From an uncultured delta proteobacterium (lineage in GTDB: Bacteria; Myxococcota; Myxococcia; Myxococcales; Myxococcaceae), in NCBI GenBank assembly GCA_963771175.1, contig CAVYSY010000032.1, positions 480,001-544,000 of the forward strand: 64,000 nt of DNA. The letters run 5' to 3'. Position 1 is the stretch's first letter; each line of letters starts with the position of its first letter. Of this stretch, positions 1 through 10,171 are shown piece by piece. Both the position numbers and the translations under genes were made by a program. Below the pieces are notes generated by a model, which saw nothing but the letters and a program-made list of their open reading frames with translations, was not told the DNA's origin and did no database searches.

Positions 1-1281
1 TCCGCGAGCGCCAGGTCCTCCTCGTCGAACCGCCGCTGGGGCGGGGCGGCGGCCAGGATCATCACCCCGAAAACCTTCCCACCGGCCCGGCATCGGCACG
101 GTCATCACGGAGTGGGCATCCAGCGCGTTCATCACGTCCAGGTGAGCGGGGCTGACGGCGAACCGTCGCCGGACCTCCGGGTTGTTGAAGTCCCGGACGA
201 GGATCGCCTCGCCGGTGCGCACCACCCCCAGCAGAGGGCTCGTCCCACCGCCACCGGGCACGATGAACTTCATGGCCTCCTGGACGAAATCCTCCTTCGA
301 CGGCTCCCGGTGCGCCCCGGCCAACCGTCGCAGGCTGCCGTCCTCCTCCACCACGGTCATGATGCAGTAGGTGGAGATGGTGGAGGCGGCGAGTCGGGCA
401 ACCCGCTGGAGCATCTCCTCGGTCTTGTCCAGGCGCTCCGCGAGGAGACGACTGGCCACCGAGAGGAAACGGGCGCTTGCCTCCGCCCGCTTGCGTTGGG
501 TGATGTCCAACACGGTGCCGATGAAGCGGCAGGGCTGGCCCCTGGCGTCGAACTTGACAGTCCCCTGGGCGGCGATCCACCGCTCGACGCCATCCTTGAT
601 GCCGATGAGCCGGTACTCGACGTCATAGCGCCCGCCACTCTCCGCACGCAGGACCTGCTGGACGACCTGATTCGTGCGTTCCCGGTCCTCGGGGTGGATG
701 GTGGAGAGAAACAGGTCGTAGCTCACCGGGGTCTCCGAGGACACGCCGCAGAGTTCCTTGGTCCGTGCGTCCCACAGGAGCTCGTGGGTGACCAGGTTGA
801 AGTCCCAGGTGCCGATGGCCGCCGCCTCGACGGCCATCCGCAGGCGCTCCTCGCTCTCCCGGATGGCCTCGCTCGCGCGCTGCTGGTCGGAGATGTCCTC
901 GACGTATACGCAGACGCCCACCACCTCCACGCCGTCATGGATGGGGTAACAGCTCAACCGGGAGCACCGGCGTTGGCCAGCGGGTGGCCGCGCCTCCCAT
1001 TCCCCGTCGAGCTTCACGAGCGGCTGACCCGTCGCGAGAACCTGATGAAGGCCATGGAGGATGGTCCGCGTGGCCTCGCCAGGCGAGAGCACGTCAGCGA
1101 GCGTCTTGCCCAGGTGCGCCTCCGCGGGCAGTCCATTCATTCCCGCCAGGGCGGCATTGATGCGCTGAATCCGGAGCTGCCGATCCAGGAAGGCAATGCC
1201 GATGGGCGCGTTCCACAGCGCCTCGAGCTGAGCCGTGGCCAGCTCGAGCCTCGGCGTCGGCTTCGGCAAAGCGTCATTCAT
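1..1281 (-). CDS. PAS/GAF-domain sensor protein, probably a histidine kinase (N-terminal part; runs off the window; probable indel near 90)
   Basis: Manual translation from ATG at 1281 gives MNDALPKP...NAPIGIAFLDRQLRIQRINAALAGMNG (PAS_4-like), then a second PAS domain, then a GAF ending ...VFGVMILAAAPPQRRFDEEDLALA. Absent from the ORF track because there is no stop inside the window. Confidence 0.8.
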   Translation of the reverse strand, partial: MNDALPKPTPRLELATAQLEALWNAPIGIAFLDRQLRIQRINAALAGMNGLPAEAHLGKTLADVLSPGEATRTILHGLHQVLATGQPLVKLDGEWEARPPAGQRRCSRLSCYPIHDGVEVVGVCVYVEDISDQQRASEAIRESEERLRMAVEAAAIGTWDFNLVTHELLWDARTKELCGVSSETPVSYDLFLSTIHPEDRERTNQVVQQVLRAESGGRYDVEYRLIGIKDGVERWIAAQGTVKFDARGQPCRFIGTVLDITQRKRAEASARFLSVASRLLAERLDKTEEMLQRVARLAASTISTYCIMTVVEEDGSLRRLAGAHREPSKEDFVQEAMKFIVPGGGGTSPLLGVVRTGEAILVRDFNNPEVRRRFAVSPAHLDVMNALDAHSVMTVPMPGRWEGFRGDDPGRRPAPAAVRRGGPGARG

Positions 1282-1510
1282 CTCCGTGCCCCATCAGCTC
1301 CGTGCCCCCATGTCGGTCTTCGTAGAGATATTCTGGAATCAACATCACTCGACCCGGGGAGGAACAATACCGAGCCCCGCATCGCACACTCGTCCCGCCG
1401 AACGAGAGGCTGTCTCTCCCGTACTCGCTCGGTAGAAGGAGGGAGGGGCGAGCGCAATACTCCCTCCATCCCATTCGCGCCCTACTCTAGATGGCTGGAG
1501 GAGCCCTGAC

Positions 1511-2194
1511 ATGCGCATCCGAACACTGTTCCTGCTCGTTCCCCATATCACCCTGTTGGCCCTCGCCGGCTGTGCTGGCTCCCAGGCAGGCACTCGCGAG
1601 GACTCCGCCACGACGGGTGGGGCCTCCCAGCAGCAAGGGATGCAGGCCATGGCCGGCATGTGCCCCATGGAGGTGCAGGGCACGAAAGTCGAGGCCGCCG
1701 ACACCGACAACGGTGCGGCGCTGACCTTCACCACCACGGGCGATGTCGCGGAGTTGCGACGGCGCGTCACCGCCATGGCGGAGAGGCACAACGCCATGGC
1801 GGAGAAGCATCAAGCCCACCACCCCGGCGGGCAAGGCATGACCGGGTGTACCTGCCCCAGGCAGGAGGGCGAGGCCAAGGCCTGCAACTGCCCCTCGCCC
1901 GGGGCCGGACCGGGGCAGGGAGGCTCCGGGTGTCCCGCCTGCGAGCAGCAGGGAGGCCAGGCTTGCCCCCACTGCCCGATGCACGGCGCTGGGGGCCCGG
2001 GCATGAAGAAGGGCATGCACATGCCCGCATCGCGCGCCACCACCGAGGAGGTGCCGGGCGGCATCCGGCTGGTGCTGACGCCCGTGGAGGCAACGCAGCT
2101 CGACGCCCTGCGCGCGAGCGTCCGCCATCACGCCGAGCGGATGGGCTCGGGCCAGTGCCCGATGATGCAGGCCCCCCCGGCGCACGGCGGCTGA
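1511..2194 (+). CDS. Cys/His/Met-rich lipoprotein, putative metal-binding
   Basis: RBS-like GGAGGAG upstream; lipobox LAGC; two related alpha/beta modules separated by a CTCP/CNCP/CPAC/CPHCPMH linker. Confidence 0.7.
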   Translation: MRIRTLFLLVPHITLLALAGCAGSQAGTREDSATTGGASQQQGMQAMAGMCPMEVQGTKVEAADTDNGAALTFTTTGDVAELRRRVTAMAERHNAMAEKHQAHHPGGQGMTGCTCPRQEGEAKACNCPSPGAGPGQGGSGCPACEQQGGQACPHCPMHGAGGPGMKKGMHMPASRATTEEVPGGIRLVLTPVEATQLDALRASVRHHAERMGSGQCPMMQAPPAHGG

Positions 2195-2342
2195 ACGAGG
2201 AGCCTCCGCTCCTGGCGGGACTGGGTCTCCCCCACCGTGAAGGAGGCCGCGGAGTCCCTCTCCTACGAGGAGGCCCTCGAGAGGCTCCGCGGGGCCTGCG
2301 GTGGCGCCCCGACGGGACTGGGCGCCTGGGTGCCCTGAGGGT

Positions 2343-3536
2343 TCAGAACATGTCGGGGATGGCCGGCGGCGGCCCGGAGAAGAGCGCCGCGGCCGTGCGC
2401 AGGGAGACCTCGTCGGCCTCGAGCGCCCCCGCGAACTGGAGGGCCGCGGGCGAGAGAAAGCCGGTGTAGAGCGGCGCGAGCGCCCGCACGTGCAGCCGCA
2501 CGTCCCCGTCTCCTCCGGGGCGCACCTCGGCCTCTCCGTCTTCCACCTCCAGCACGAAGCGACCGCGGTTCTCCGGGAAGAGGTCGTCATCCACCTCGAA
2601 GTGCAGCGCCCCCGAGATTCCGACCGGATAGCCACGGGCCTGGAGCACCGCGGGCACGTCCAGCACGCGCAGCATCCAGTGGAAGAGGTGCTTCACCTGG
2701 TACGTCTGCTCGCGCAGGAGGAAGAGGATCGGATCCACCGGTCCACCACGCCACACCGCCTCCCTCGCGAGCGAGCCGTGGTCGCCGATGAAGCTCAGCA
2801 GCCGCCGCCCAGCCGCCGGAGTGAGCGCGACCAGGTCGGTGAGGTTGAGCTCCTGCTGGAGCTCTCTCGGCTGCAGGGGCCTGCGCGTGAGGTAGAGGTA
2901 GCCCTCCACTCCGGCGCTGCCCTCCACGAGGTAGCCGTAGGCCGTCTCCCCCTTGGGATGGGTGACGCGGTTCCAGGTGTACGCGGTGCGGTCGAGCCAC
3001 CCCTGCTGCCGCTGCGCATAGCGGCGGTAGACGTCGTGGATGGCCGGCATGTCGGATGCCTCGATGGGCCGCAGCGCGAGGGTGCGCTCGTGGAAGTCGA
3101 GCCCCGAGACCTGCACGCGAATCTCGAAGCGCGAGCCGGCCTGCTCGAAGCCCACGCGCCGGTAGAGCGGCTGGGTGGCCGGGTAGAGGCTGGCGAGGGG
3201 GACGCCCTGCGTCCGCAGCTCGCGAAGGCCAGCCTGCATGAGTCGAGTGGCCGTGCCCTGGCCCCGACGGGCGGGCGCCACCCCCACTCCACCGATGCCC
3301 GTGACGGCCACCCGGCGGCCTCCGAACCACTGCCCCATGGGAATGAAGACGAGCGTGGCGACCGCCGAGCCGCCCTCGCGCAGCACCTTCAGGTGCCCGT
3401 TCCCGGCCTCGACCTTCTGCCTCCAGGGGGGCAGCTCCTCGGGGGGCATCCCGAAGGCCTGGGAAATGATGTCGTCCGCCGCGGCGAGCTCTCGCTCACC
3501 CTGTGGCGTGCCGAAATCCGCTGCTGTCGAGTCCAT
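2343..3536 (-). CDS. Eis-like GNAT acetyltransferase with SCP2-like C-terminal domain
   Basis: GIGGVGVAPARRGQGTAT acetyl-CoA motif, LASLYPAT..LYRRVGFE, C-terminal ...PDMF typical of the Eis family. Confidence 0.88.
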   Translation of the reverse strand: MDSTAADFGTPQGERELAAADDIISQAFGMPPEELPPWRQKVEAGNGHLKVLREGGSAVATLVFIPMGQWFGGRRVAVTGIGGVGVAPARRGQGTATRLMQAGLRELRTQGVPLASLYPATQPLYRRVGFEQAGSRFEIRVQVSGLDFHERTLALRPIEASDMPAIHDVYRRYAQRQQGWLDRTAYTWNRVTHPKGETAYGYLVEGSAGVEGYLYLTRRPLQPRELQQELNLTDLVALTPAAGRRLLSFIGDHGSLAREAVWRGGPVDPILFLLREQTYQVKHLFHWMLRVLDVPAVLQARGYPVGISGALHFEVDDDLFPENRGRFVLEVEDGEAEVRPGGDGDVRLHVRALAPLYTGFLSPAALQFAGALEADEVSLRTAAALFSGPPPAIPDMF

Positions 3537-3681
3537 GCCGCCCTCCCGGGTCACAGGGGGCGCAGCCTAGGACATCGGTGTCCTGCCCGCCCCACTTCCA
3601 GGCGGGCCGTTGACTGGACAAGGCGTTTTCAATGGTTACAGGGAGGGCGTTCGCGCCCCCGAGGGGGCGCCCGGAGGCGAT

Positions 3682-5610
3682 ATGTCGGTCGAGACCCAGC
3701 GAGAGACCCACAAGTTCCAGGCGGAGATCAATCAGCTCCTGAACCTGGTCATCAACTCGCTCTACAGCCACAAGGAGATCTTCCTGCGCGAGCTCGTGTC
3801 GAACGCGTCGGACGCGCTCGACAAGCTGCGCTTCCGCTCGGTCACCGAGCCCGAGCTGCTCGAAGGAGCCTCCGCCCTCGAAATCCACATCCTCCCGGAC
3901 GAGGAGAAGGGCACGCTCACCATCGAGGACACCGGCATCGGCATGACGCATGACGAGCTGGTGAAGAACCTCGGCACCATCGCCCACTCCGGCTCGCGCG
4001 AGTTCCTGGAGCTGGCGGCGCAGCGGGGCCAGAAGGACATGAACCTGATCGGCCAGTTCGGCGTGGGCTTCTACAGCGCCTACCTGGTGGCCGATCGAGT
4101 GGAGGTGGTCAGCCGGGCGGCGGGCAAGGACTCCCAGGCGTGGCGGTGGGCCTCGGACGCCAAGGGCGCCTTCACGCTGGAGCCGGCCGAGCGCGCCACG
4201 CGCGGCACCTCCATCATCCTCCACCTCAAGGAGGACCAGAAGGAGTTCCTCGACGACCTGGCGCCTGCGCGCGCTGATTACGCAGTACTCGGACTACGTG
4301 AGCCACCCCATCAAGCTCCAGGTAGAGAAGACCACCGGAGAGGGGGACGCGAAGAAGACCGAGGCGCAGCTCGAGGTGGTGAACAAGGCCAGCGCCCTGT
4401 GGCAGCGGTCGAAGAGTGAGATCACCGACGAGCAGTACGCAGGAGTTCTACAAGCACCTCACGCACGACTGGGAGCCGCCGCTGGCGTGGACGCACTTCC
4501 GGATCGAGGGCAACCAGGTCTTCACCGGGCTGCTCTTCCTCCCGAAGCAGCCGCCGTTCGACCTGAACAGCCCCACGCAGCACGGGGTGCGCCTGTTCGT
4601 CAAGCGCGTGCTCATCATGGACCGGCTGCGAGGAGCTGCTGCCGCAGTGGCTGCGCTTCGTGCGCGGCGTGGTGGACTCGGACGACCTGCCGCTGAACGT
4701 GTCGCGCGAGCTGCTGCAGGACTCGGCGGTGGTGCAGGCCATCCGCAAGCAGGTGACGAAGAAGACGTTGGACATGCTGGAGAAGCTGGCCAAGGACAAG
4801 CCGGAGGACTACGGCACGTTCTGGAAGAGCTTCGGCACGGTGCTGAAGGAGGGCCTGGCGGTCGACACCGAGCACCGCGAGAAGCTGGGCGCGCTGGTGC
4901 GCTACGAGAGCTCGCGCGAGGAGGGCCTCACCTCACTGGCGGACTACGTGTCGCGGATGAAGGAGGGCCAGGAGGCCATCTATTACGTCTTCGGCGAGTC
5001 GCGGAAGGCGGTGGTGGACTCGCCGCACCTCGAGGCGCTGAAGAAGCGCGGGTACGAGGTGCTGTACATGACCGACCCGGTGGACGAGTGGGCGGCGCAG
5101 GGCCTGCGCGAGTACCAGGGCAAGCCGCTGGTGTCGGCGATGCACGCGGACCTGAAGCTCAAGGAGACGGACGAGGAGAAGCGCGAGAAGGAGGAGCGCG
5201 CCAAGGGGCTGGGGCCGCTCGCGGACCGCATGAAGGAGGTCCTCAAGGAGCACGTGCGCGAGGTGCGGGCGTCGGATCGGCTCACGGACTCGCCCTGCTG
5301 CCTCGTGGTGCCGGAGGGCGGCTCGCACGCGTTCGTGGAGCGACTGCTGCGTGAGCGGGGCCGGAGCGTGCCTCGCACCAAGCGCATCCTGGAGGTCAAC
5401 CCGTCGCACCCCATCATCGAGCACCTGCGCGCGCTGAACGAGAAGGAGTCGGGCTCGCCCCAGGTGACGGAGTGGGTGGAGATGCTCTACGACCAGGCGC
5501 TGCTCACCGAGGGCAGCAGCGTGGAGGATCCGAACCGCTTCGCGCGGCGGATGACGGCGCTGATGACGCAGGTGGCCGCGAGGCCCGAGACGCCGGTTCA
5601 GCACAACTGA
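3682..5610 (+). CDS. htpG: Molecular chaperone HtpG (Hsp90); indels near 4255, 4440 and 4625
   Basis: [75 protein letters not shown], spread over several frames. Confidence 0.95.
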
Positions 5611-5616
5611 GGAGCG

Positions 5617-6558
5617 TCATTCCAGACCGCGGCGGCGGGCCTCGGCATCCATGATGCGCTTCTCCACCTTCACGCGAGCGAAGTTGGAGAAGATGCCCCC
5701 CGGCTGCTTCGCTGGCAGCGAGCGCATCTGCAGCCGGAGATCCTCCAGCGTGTTCTCCGCCCGGTCCCGCCGGGCGAGCAAATCAGCGTTGGAGGCGAAG
5801 CGAATGGACAACATGGTGTCCACCTCGAGCCGCCCGTCCAGCTCGCGCTCCAGCAGCTTGAGGGAGATGGCGCACGGCGCCTTGGCCGTCAGCGCCTTCT
5901 CCACCAGGGTCCGGACGTCCAGCGCCGCCGTGCGCAGCGCGTTCATGTCCGCCGCGGCCTCCAGCCGCTCCATGCCCGTGGCCAGGTCCGCCAGCAGCGG
6001 AGTCATCGCCTTGCGGCCCGGCGGGGCCAGCAACTGCGTGACGTAGGCATCCATCCCGTCTCCGCCGGCCTGCTCCACCACCTGCCGCAGCAGGGGGAGC
6101 CAGTCCGTCTTGAGCTGCTCGCGCACGCTCCCCACCGTCGCACGCGACTGCGCGACCTTCTGGAACGCCTCGTCCAGGCCGTTCAGGATGGCCGTGGACG
6201 GCAGCACGCCACGAGGCGCGGCGGATCGGTCGTACCAGAGGCCCTTGCTCACCTCGGGGGCCACGCCGGTGAAGGCCGGGCGCCCGGGGTTGGTGCCCTC
6301 CCCGGTGAGCGCTGGCAGATTGGGGTTGGTGCCGCCGCGCGTGGGGAGGGCGGGGCGCCCCGGACTGGTGGGCCTCTCGGAGGCCTCGAAGCCGTCCCGA
6401 CCCGACCAGGCGGGACGTCCGACAACGGTGCGCTCGGTGTCGCGCGTGGGGGTGCGCGGGAGGACGAGCTTCCGCGGCTGCAACTGCGTGGGGGCCTCGT
6501 CGATGTCGAGCGGCACACCCGGGGTTGGGACCTTCGGCTTGGACGGCGGAGGCGGCAT
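5617..6558 (-). CDS. Hypothetical protein (Pro/Thr-rich N-terminus, helical C-terminus)
   Basis: Long ORF with GC-rich third positions; likely start MPPPPSKPK at 6558. Confidence 0.65.
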   Translation of the reverse strand: MPPPPSKPKVPTPGVPLDIDEAPTQLQPRKLVLPRTPTRDTERTVVGRPAWSGRDGFEASERPTSPGRPALPTRGGTNPNLPALTGEGTNPGRPAFTGVAPEVSKGLWYDRSAAPRGVLPSTAILNGLDEAFQKVAQSRATVGSVREQLKTDWLPLLRQVVEQAGGDGMDAYVTQLLAPPGRKAMTPLLADLATGMERLEAAADMNALRTAALDVRTLVEKALTAKAPCAISLKLLERELDGRLEVDTMLSIRFASNADLLARRDRAENTLEDLRLQMRSLPAKQPGGIFSNFARVKVEKRIMDAEARRRGLE

Positions 6559-6631
6559 GGGCACCCTCCCGACCCATGTTGCTACGACCGGGCCCGGTAA
6601 GGAAAGCCGGCCAGAGTAGGATGGTGGGCGG

Positions 6632-8210
6632 ATGCCGCGCGCCCCCACCGCTTCCCCCGTCCTCGACGAGGAGGAGCTCGTCCACCAGTTCCCCGGTCTC
6701 GACCGGCGTGCGCTCGGTGCGTTCTACACCCCCGCGCCACTGGTGGAGCGCACGCTGGCGCTCGCCCTGGCGCACGCCGGGGACGGGCCCCTCGCGGTGG
6801 TGGACCCGGCGTGTGGTGCGGGCGCCTTCCTCGCCGCCGCGGCACGCGCCCGCCCCGAGGCCTGGCTCACGGGTCTGGAGCTCTCCCCCGAGGTGGCCCA
6901 GTCCTGCCAGGCCCGCGTGCCCGGCGCGCACATCCGCGTGGGCGATGCCCTGCGCGGCGGGCTCGAGCCCCTCCTCGACGCGCTCCCCCCAGGTCATCGC
7001 GAGGTGTGGGTCGGAAACCCGCCCTACAACGGCACCTCCGCGCTCCTGAAGGACCGCGACGCCTATGCCCGACTCCGGGCCCTGATGCCCATTCTCGTTC
7101 CCGCCGGGCACCAGCCTGCGCGATGACTTCGCCTTCTTCCTCCTGCTCGCCGCGCACCGGCTCTCCTCCCGCCCGGGCGTGCTCGCCTTCATCACCCCTT
7201 CCAGTCTCCTCGACGCCTTCCTCTATGCGCCCCTGCGCGACACCTTGCTGCGCACGCTGTCGCTGCGCGAGGTGGTGGACCTCGGCCCCGGTGTCTTCGC
7301 GGGCACCCAGGTGCGCACCTGCATCACCGTGTGGACCTCGCCTCCGGATGCGCGGCTCCGGCCCGTGTACTCCCGGCACCCGCCCGCGCCGATTCCCTTC
7401 ACTCCCGAGGCCCCCGAGTGGCGCCTCGTGCCCACGCCTCCCGAGGCGGCGGAGTTGGACGCTCGCTGGCGCTCCGAGGGCGAGCCCCTCACCACGCTCG
7501 TCCCGGTGAGCCTGCCGGGCGTGAAGACGCGCTTCGACGAGCTGCTGGTGGATGAGGACCCCCAGCGACTCCTCACCCGCCTCGAGGACTTCGCGCGCAC
7601 GCCCCTGGAGTCCCTCGAGGACTTCGCCCGCTCCCATGGGATTCCCGAGTCGCTGCTGCCCAAGCTGCGCGCGTTGAAGGAGGGCCCGCCCGTCGCGGTG
7701 GACCCCGCCTGCGTACGCCCCTTCTTCCGCTACGCCGGAGCGCGCCACCGCGGCACCCTCCCTCCCGAGGCCCGCGCCTTCTGCTACCTGGATCGGCGCC
7801 TCATCCTCCGCGGCGACCACCGCCTGCGCGGCCCGTGGGATCCACACCGCGGCGAGGTGAAGCTCCTCTTCAACGTGCGCGAGCTGCCCCTCTCCGCCGC
7901 GCTCCTGGAGGAGGAGGGCTGTGTCCACGACCACCGGCACGCCCGCTTCGCCCCCCTGCTCGTGCCCCTACGCGTGCGCGACGAGGGGCTCGACATCACC
8001 CGCGTCACGCGCTCGGCGGAGGCCCTGGGCCCGCTCGTGCCCAACCTCTCGCCGAGAGGGCTCGCCTGGGCCGAGCAGCTCGGAGGCCCACTGGCCGCCT
8101 ACCAGGTAATCGTTCGATTCCTCAACGGCGCCGAAGTGCAGCAGCGCTGGGCTCCCGTCTACGGCGCCTCCCGTGTGGTCCACGTACCATTGGCTGCTCT
8201 CCAGCCTTGA
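6632..8210 (+). CDS. N6-adenine DNA methyltransferase (Eco57I/TaqI-like) with C-terminal putative target-recognition region; indel near 7100
   Basis: GAFYTP, VVDPACGAGAFL (motif I) and GNPPYN (motif IV); continues in ORF 7179..8210 (LAFITPSSLL). Confidence 0.85.
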
Positions 8211-8269
8211 GGAACGCGCCCGGCGCATTAGTGTCCACCTTCACTCTCGTTCCAACGGAGACACTCCAT

Positions 8270-8848
8270 ATGAAGACTCGCGCACTGCTGACCGCTGCTG
8301 TCCTCTGCCTCGCCGGCCCAGCCTTCGCCCAGGGCAAGGCCCCCGCCGCCAAGGAGAAGGCCGCTACCAAGAAGGAGGAGAAGACCGCCGAGAAGGCCGA
8401 GCAGAAGGCGGAGGGAGCCACCGCCCGCGCCGAGCTGAAGGACCAGAAGGGCCAGACGGTGGGAGAGGTGACGCTCACCGAGACGCCCCACGGCATTCTG
8501 GCGAAGGGGACGTTCTCCAACCTCCCGCCGGGCGAGCACGCCATCCACATCCACGAGACGGGCAAGTGCGAGGTGCCCTTCAAGACGGCCGGCGGTCACC
8601 TCAACCCGGACAAGAAGAAGCACGGCATCCTCGCCGCCGAGGGCAAGCACGAGGGAGACCTGCCCAACCTCCACGTGGGCGCTGACGGCAAGGTGCAGTT
8701 CGACTTCTTCGCCCACGACCTCAAAATGAAGGACGTGCAGGACCTGGACGGTGCGGCCGTCGTCGTCCACGCCACCGCGGACGACTACAAGAGCGACCCC
8801 GCCGGCAACGCGGGTGACCGCATCGCCTGCGGCGTCGTGACGAAGTAG
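8270..8848 (+). CDS. sodC: Periplasmic Cu/Zn superoxide dismutase
   Basis: Signal peptide; HAIHIHETGKC, AGGHLNP, HEGDLPN, VVHATADDY, GNAGDRIACG. Confidence 0.95.
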   Translation: MKTRALLTAAVLCLAGPAFAQGKAPAAKEKAATKKEEKTAEKAEQKAEGATARAELKDQKGQTVGEVTLTETPHGILAKGTFSNLPPGEHAIHIHETGKCEVPFKTAGGHLNPDKKKHGILAAEGKHEGDLPNLHVGADGKVQFDFFAHDLKMKDVQDLDGAAVVVHATADDYKSDPAGNAGDRIACGVVTK

Positions 8849-8857
8849 CAGGAGGCG

Positions 8858-8889
8858 CCGAGCCCTCCACTCACCTTCGGAGGGCTCGG
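8858..8889 (+). terminator. Stem-loop after sodC, possible terminator
   Basis: ccgagccctcc-loop-ggagggctcgg, 11-bp stem just after the stop; no U-tract. Confidence 0.35.
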
Positions 8890-9011
8890 ATGTCCCTGTA
8901 GCCGCCCCCGCGGACGGCAATGGAGTGCCCTGTGGGAGGTGGATGAGTTGGTGAAGTGAGTTGCCAGCACGGGCCGCCTCCGAGCAGCATGCGCTTCGGA
9001 GGAAGAACCTG

Positions 9012-10154
9012 ATGAGCAGCCTTGGCAACTCCGACCACGAATCAGGAGCCGTCCGGCCCCCCAGCAACCTTCGCACCTACACCCTCGCTGGGCGCCGCGG
9101 TCTGCGAATCTCCCCCATCTCACTCGGCGCCGGCACCTTCGGCGATGGCTGGGACCCGGCCTGGCAATCGCCCCCCGACGAAATCGATCGCATCATCGAT
9201 GCCTACCTGGACGCGGGCGGCAACGTGATCGACACGGCGGACCGCTACCAGAACGGCCGGAGCGAGGAGCGCGTGGGCGCATACCTGCGCAAGTCGGGCC
9301 GGCGCGACGACGTGGTGCTCGCGACGAAGTGCGGGTATGGCGCGCCAGGTGACGTTCACCAGGGTGGGAACGCACGGCTGACGCTCCAGCGCGCCCTGGA
9401 GGCGTCGCTTCGAAGGCTCGGGACCGACGTCATCGACCTCTACCACGTGCACCTGTGGGATACGTTCACGCCGGTGGACGAGGTGATGGCGACGCTCGAC
9501 GCGTTCGTGCGGGCGGGGAAGATCCGCTACGTCGGGCTGAGCAACGTGCCCGCGTGGTACCTCGGGCGGGCGCAGACGCTGGCCGAGTGGCGCGGCTGGG
9601 AGCCGGTGGCGGTGGTGCAGGTGAACTACAGCCTGCTGGCGCGCACGGTCGAGTACGAGTTCGTCGATGCAGCGCAGGAGCTGGGTATCGGCCTCACTGC
9701 CTGGAGCCCGCTGGCGAATGGCCTGCTCACCGGCAAATACCGGGTGAACGAGCAGGGCCAGTTCGAGGGGGATGGGCGGGTGACGAAGACGTGGATCACC
9801 GACAACACGGTCGATGCATCTGCCCAGACGAAGCGGGTGCTGGACGCGCTCGTGGCCACGGCGGCCGAGCTGGAGCGAACGCCCGCCCAGGTCGCGCTGA
9901 ACTGGGTCATGAACCGGCCGGGCGTCGTCTCCACCATCATCGGTGCGAGAACCGAGGCGCAGCTCCGCGACAACCTCGCGGCGTTGGATTTCGAGCTGCC
10001 AGCAGCGCTCGCGGCCCGGTTGGAGGAGGTGGGGAGGCCCCCCGCGCAATACCCCTACTCGTTCTTCACCGATGCGTTCCACGACTCCACGGTCCGCTCC
10101 GGCCTTCCCGTGCAACGCGAACCGCGTGGATATCGCGGTCGCGGCTTTCGCTGA
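9012..10154 (+). CDS. Aldo/keto reductase
   Basis: GLRISPISLGAGTFG, IDTADRY, ATK, SLRRLGTDVIDLYHVH, GKIRYVGLSN, WSPLANG. Confidence 0.93.
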   Translation: MSSLGNSDHESGAVRPPSNLRTYTLAGRRGLRISPISLGAGTFGDGWDPAWQSPPDEIDRIIDAYLDAGGNVIDTADRYQNGRSEERVGAYLRKSGRRDDVVLATKCGYGAPGDVHQGGNARLTLQRALEASLRRLGTDVIDLYHVHLWDTFTPVDEVMATLDAFVRAGKIRYVGLSNVPAWYLGRAQTLAEWRGWEPVAVVQVNYSLLARTVEYEFVDAAQELGIGLTAWSPLANGLLTGKYRVNEQGQFEGDGRVTKTWITDNTVDASAQTKRVLDALVATAAELERTPAQVALNWVMNRPGVVSTIIGARTEAQLRDNLAALDFELPAALAARLEEVGRPPAQYPYSFFTDAFHDSTVRSGLPVQREPRGYRGRGFR

Positions 10155-10171
10155 TATCCCAGGAGCCGTTC

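Noticed and set aside
2195..2340. GC-rich hairpins between the lipoprotein and the Eis-like gene as an ncRNA
   Set aside because: Imperfect stems are expected between convergent genes at this GC content; no recognisable RNA family
3610..3640. TTGACT...TTCAA upstream of htpG as a heat-shock promoter or CIRCE element
   Set aside because: It does not match CIRCE and the -10 region is unconvincing
3682..5610. htpG (and ilvA, yceI, the ketosynthase) as pseudogenes or programmed frameshifts
   Set aside because: Indels are scattered across the whole window without obvious slippery motifs; sequencing error is more parsimonious
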